Source of the DNA: Paragordius varius
Taxonomy: Eukaryota; Animalia; Nematomorpha
Assembly (NCBI GenBank): GCA_964247055.1
Contig: OZ176057.1
Coordinates: 4,092,001-4,156,000, forward strand
Length of the DNA stretch: 64,000 bases
Direction of reading: 5' to 3'
A program made the translations under genes and the position numbers. Positions 63,176-64,000 of the stretch are shown one piece after another. Numbering within the stretch: the first letter of the stretch is position 1; each line of letters begins with the position of its first letter. The notes under the pieces are model-generated. The model was not told where the DNA came from, made no database searches, and saw only the letters and a program-made list of their open reading frames with translations.

Positions 63176-63234
63176 AAGGTTGCGTGAATTAATTCCCAAT
63201 CGGGATTGTATTTTCTTTAGATTTATGCATATTG

Positions 63235-63540
63235 AAAGCTAAATAAATTAGTTTAAATAACTATTTTTTTCAAGTAATTTAATGTTTCAATGGACCCAAA
63301 TATAATTCACAGTATTGGTATAAAAAATAAATTATTTTAAATACCTATTTTTTGCAACAATGTTTCAATTAACCCAAATTATAATTCCCAGTATTGGTAT
63401 GAAAGTTAAATAAATTATTTATACCTATTTTTTGCAAGTATTTCAATGTTTTAATGTACTCAAATTATAATTCCCAGTATTGGTAAGAAAGCTAAATAAA
63501 TTATTTTAATTACCTATTTTTTGCAAGTAATTTAATGTGA
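63235..63540. repeat. ~80-bp minisatellite, about 4 diverged copies, inside the hAT element
   Basis: Recurring aaataaatta..tacctattttttgcaag..caaattataattcccagtattggta. Confidence 0.8.
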
Positions 63541-64000
63541 AAGTTATCATCTTGAAGTTGGAAATAACATGCAGGAAAAAATGTGTTTTATAAATGATTA
63601 AATGAATGCGATGATAGATATTCATAATAAGGAATTTTATAAAGTTTCTGAAATTAATTTAAATGTAGAAATAAAAATGCATAATTTACATATAAAAAAT
63701 TAAAAAAATTAGAAATAATTTTTTTTAAAATTTTTTTTTCAAAATTTTCAAAGAGCCACTCAATATTTTCAATGACCCACTAGTGGCTCGCGAGTACCCT
63801 GTTGGACACCCCTAATTTATCTATTATTTCTTATGGTGAATTTATGAACATAGTTAAAATATGAAACACACGATAACCACTGATTAATTATAAATGTCGC
63901 ATTTAAAGAACAAAAACAAATAAAGTGAAAAATAAATATTTTTATAAAATTTTTTTAAAAACTTCCAAATGAAATGCGCTATTTTTGATAAAAATGGAAA

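Larger units (their letters stand above)
61391..63814 (-). mobile_element. Decayed full-length hAT transposon (GTF2IRD2/Buster-like)
   Basis: 14-bp TIRs CAGGGGTGTCCAAC / GTTGGACACCCCTA with perfect 8-bp TSD ATTTATCT (61383-61390, 63815-63822); 2424 bp. Confidence 0.92.

Overview
Very AT-rich, intron-containing animal (invertebrate-like) genomic DNA, not prokaryotic; the taxon cannot be fixed from sequence alone. Three spliced genes can be rebuilt by hand with phase-consistent GT-AG junctions. (1) A + strand HCN/Ih hyperpolarization-activated cyclic-nucleotide-gated channel (8029-29948). It has two alternative, homologous 5' exons (8029-9149 and 13871-14193), each encoding its own HCN domain, and non-canonical residues in the pore, C-linker and phosphate-binding cassette. 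(2) The 3' part of an unidentified coiled-coil protein gene on the - strand (31751-32613). (3) A ~1660-aa orphan, apparently secreted, N/T/S-rich protein with many dibasic sites (+, 52475-60987). Between genes 2 and 3 lies a 16.9-kb four-level transposon nest: small foldback MITE (34708-51610) > non-autonomous hAT with perfect 8-bp TSD (35010-51542) > CACAGTG-ended long-arm foldback element (35416-51018) > non-autonomous Helitron (35727-49157; A|TC...hairpin-CTAG|T). The Helitron body is a 26-monomer, ~480-bp higher-order satellite in which the 5' TC terminus is reiterated ten times. Two decayed full-length hAT elements (15922-18310, 61391-63814), many MITEs, an RTE-type LINE fragment and (TA)n microsatellites fill the rest. 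All family assignments are by motif recognition; no database search was run.
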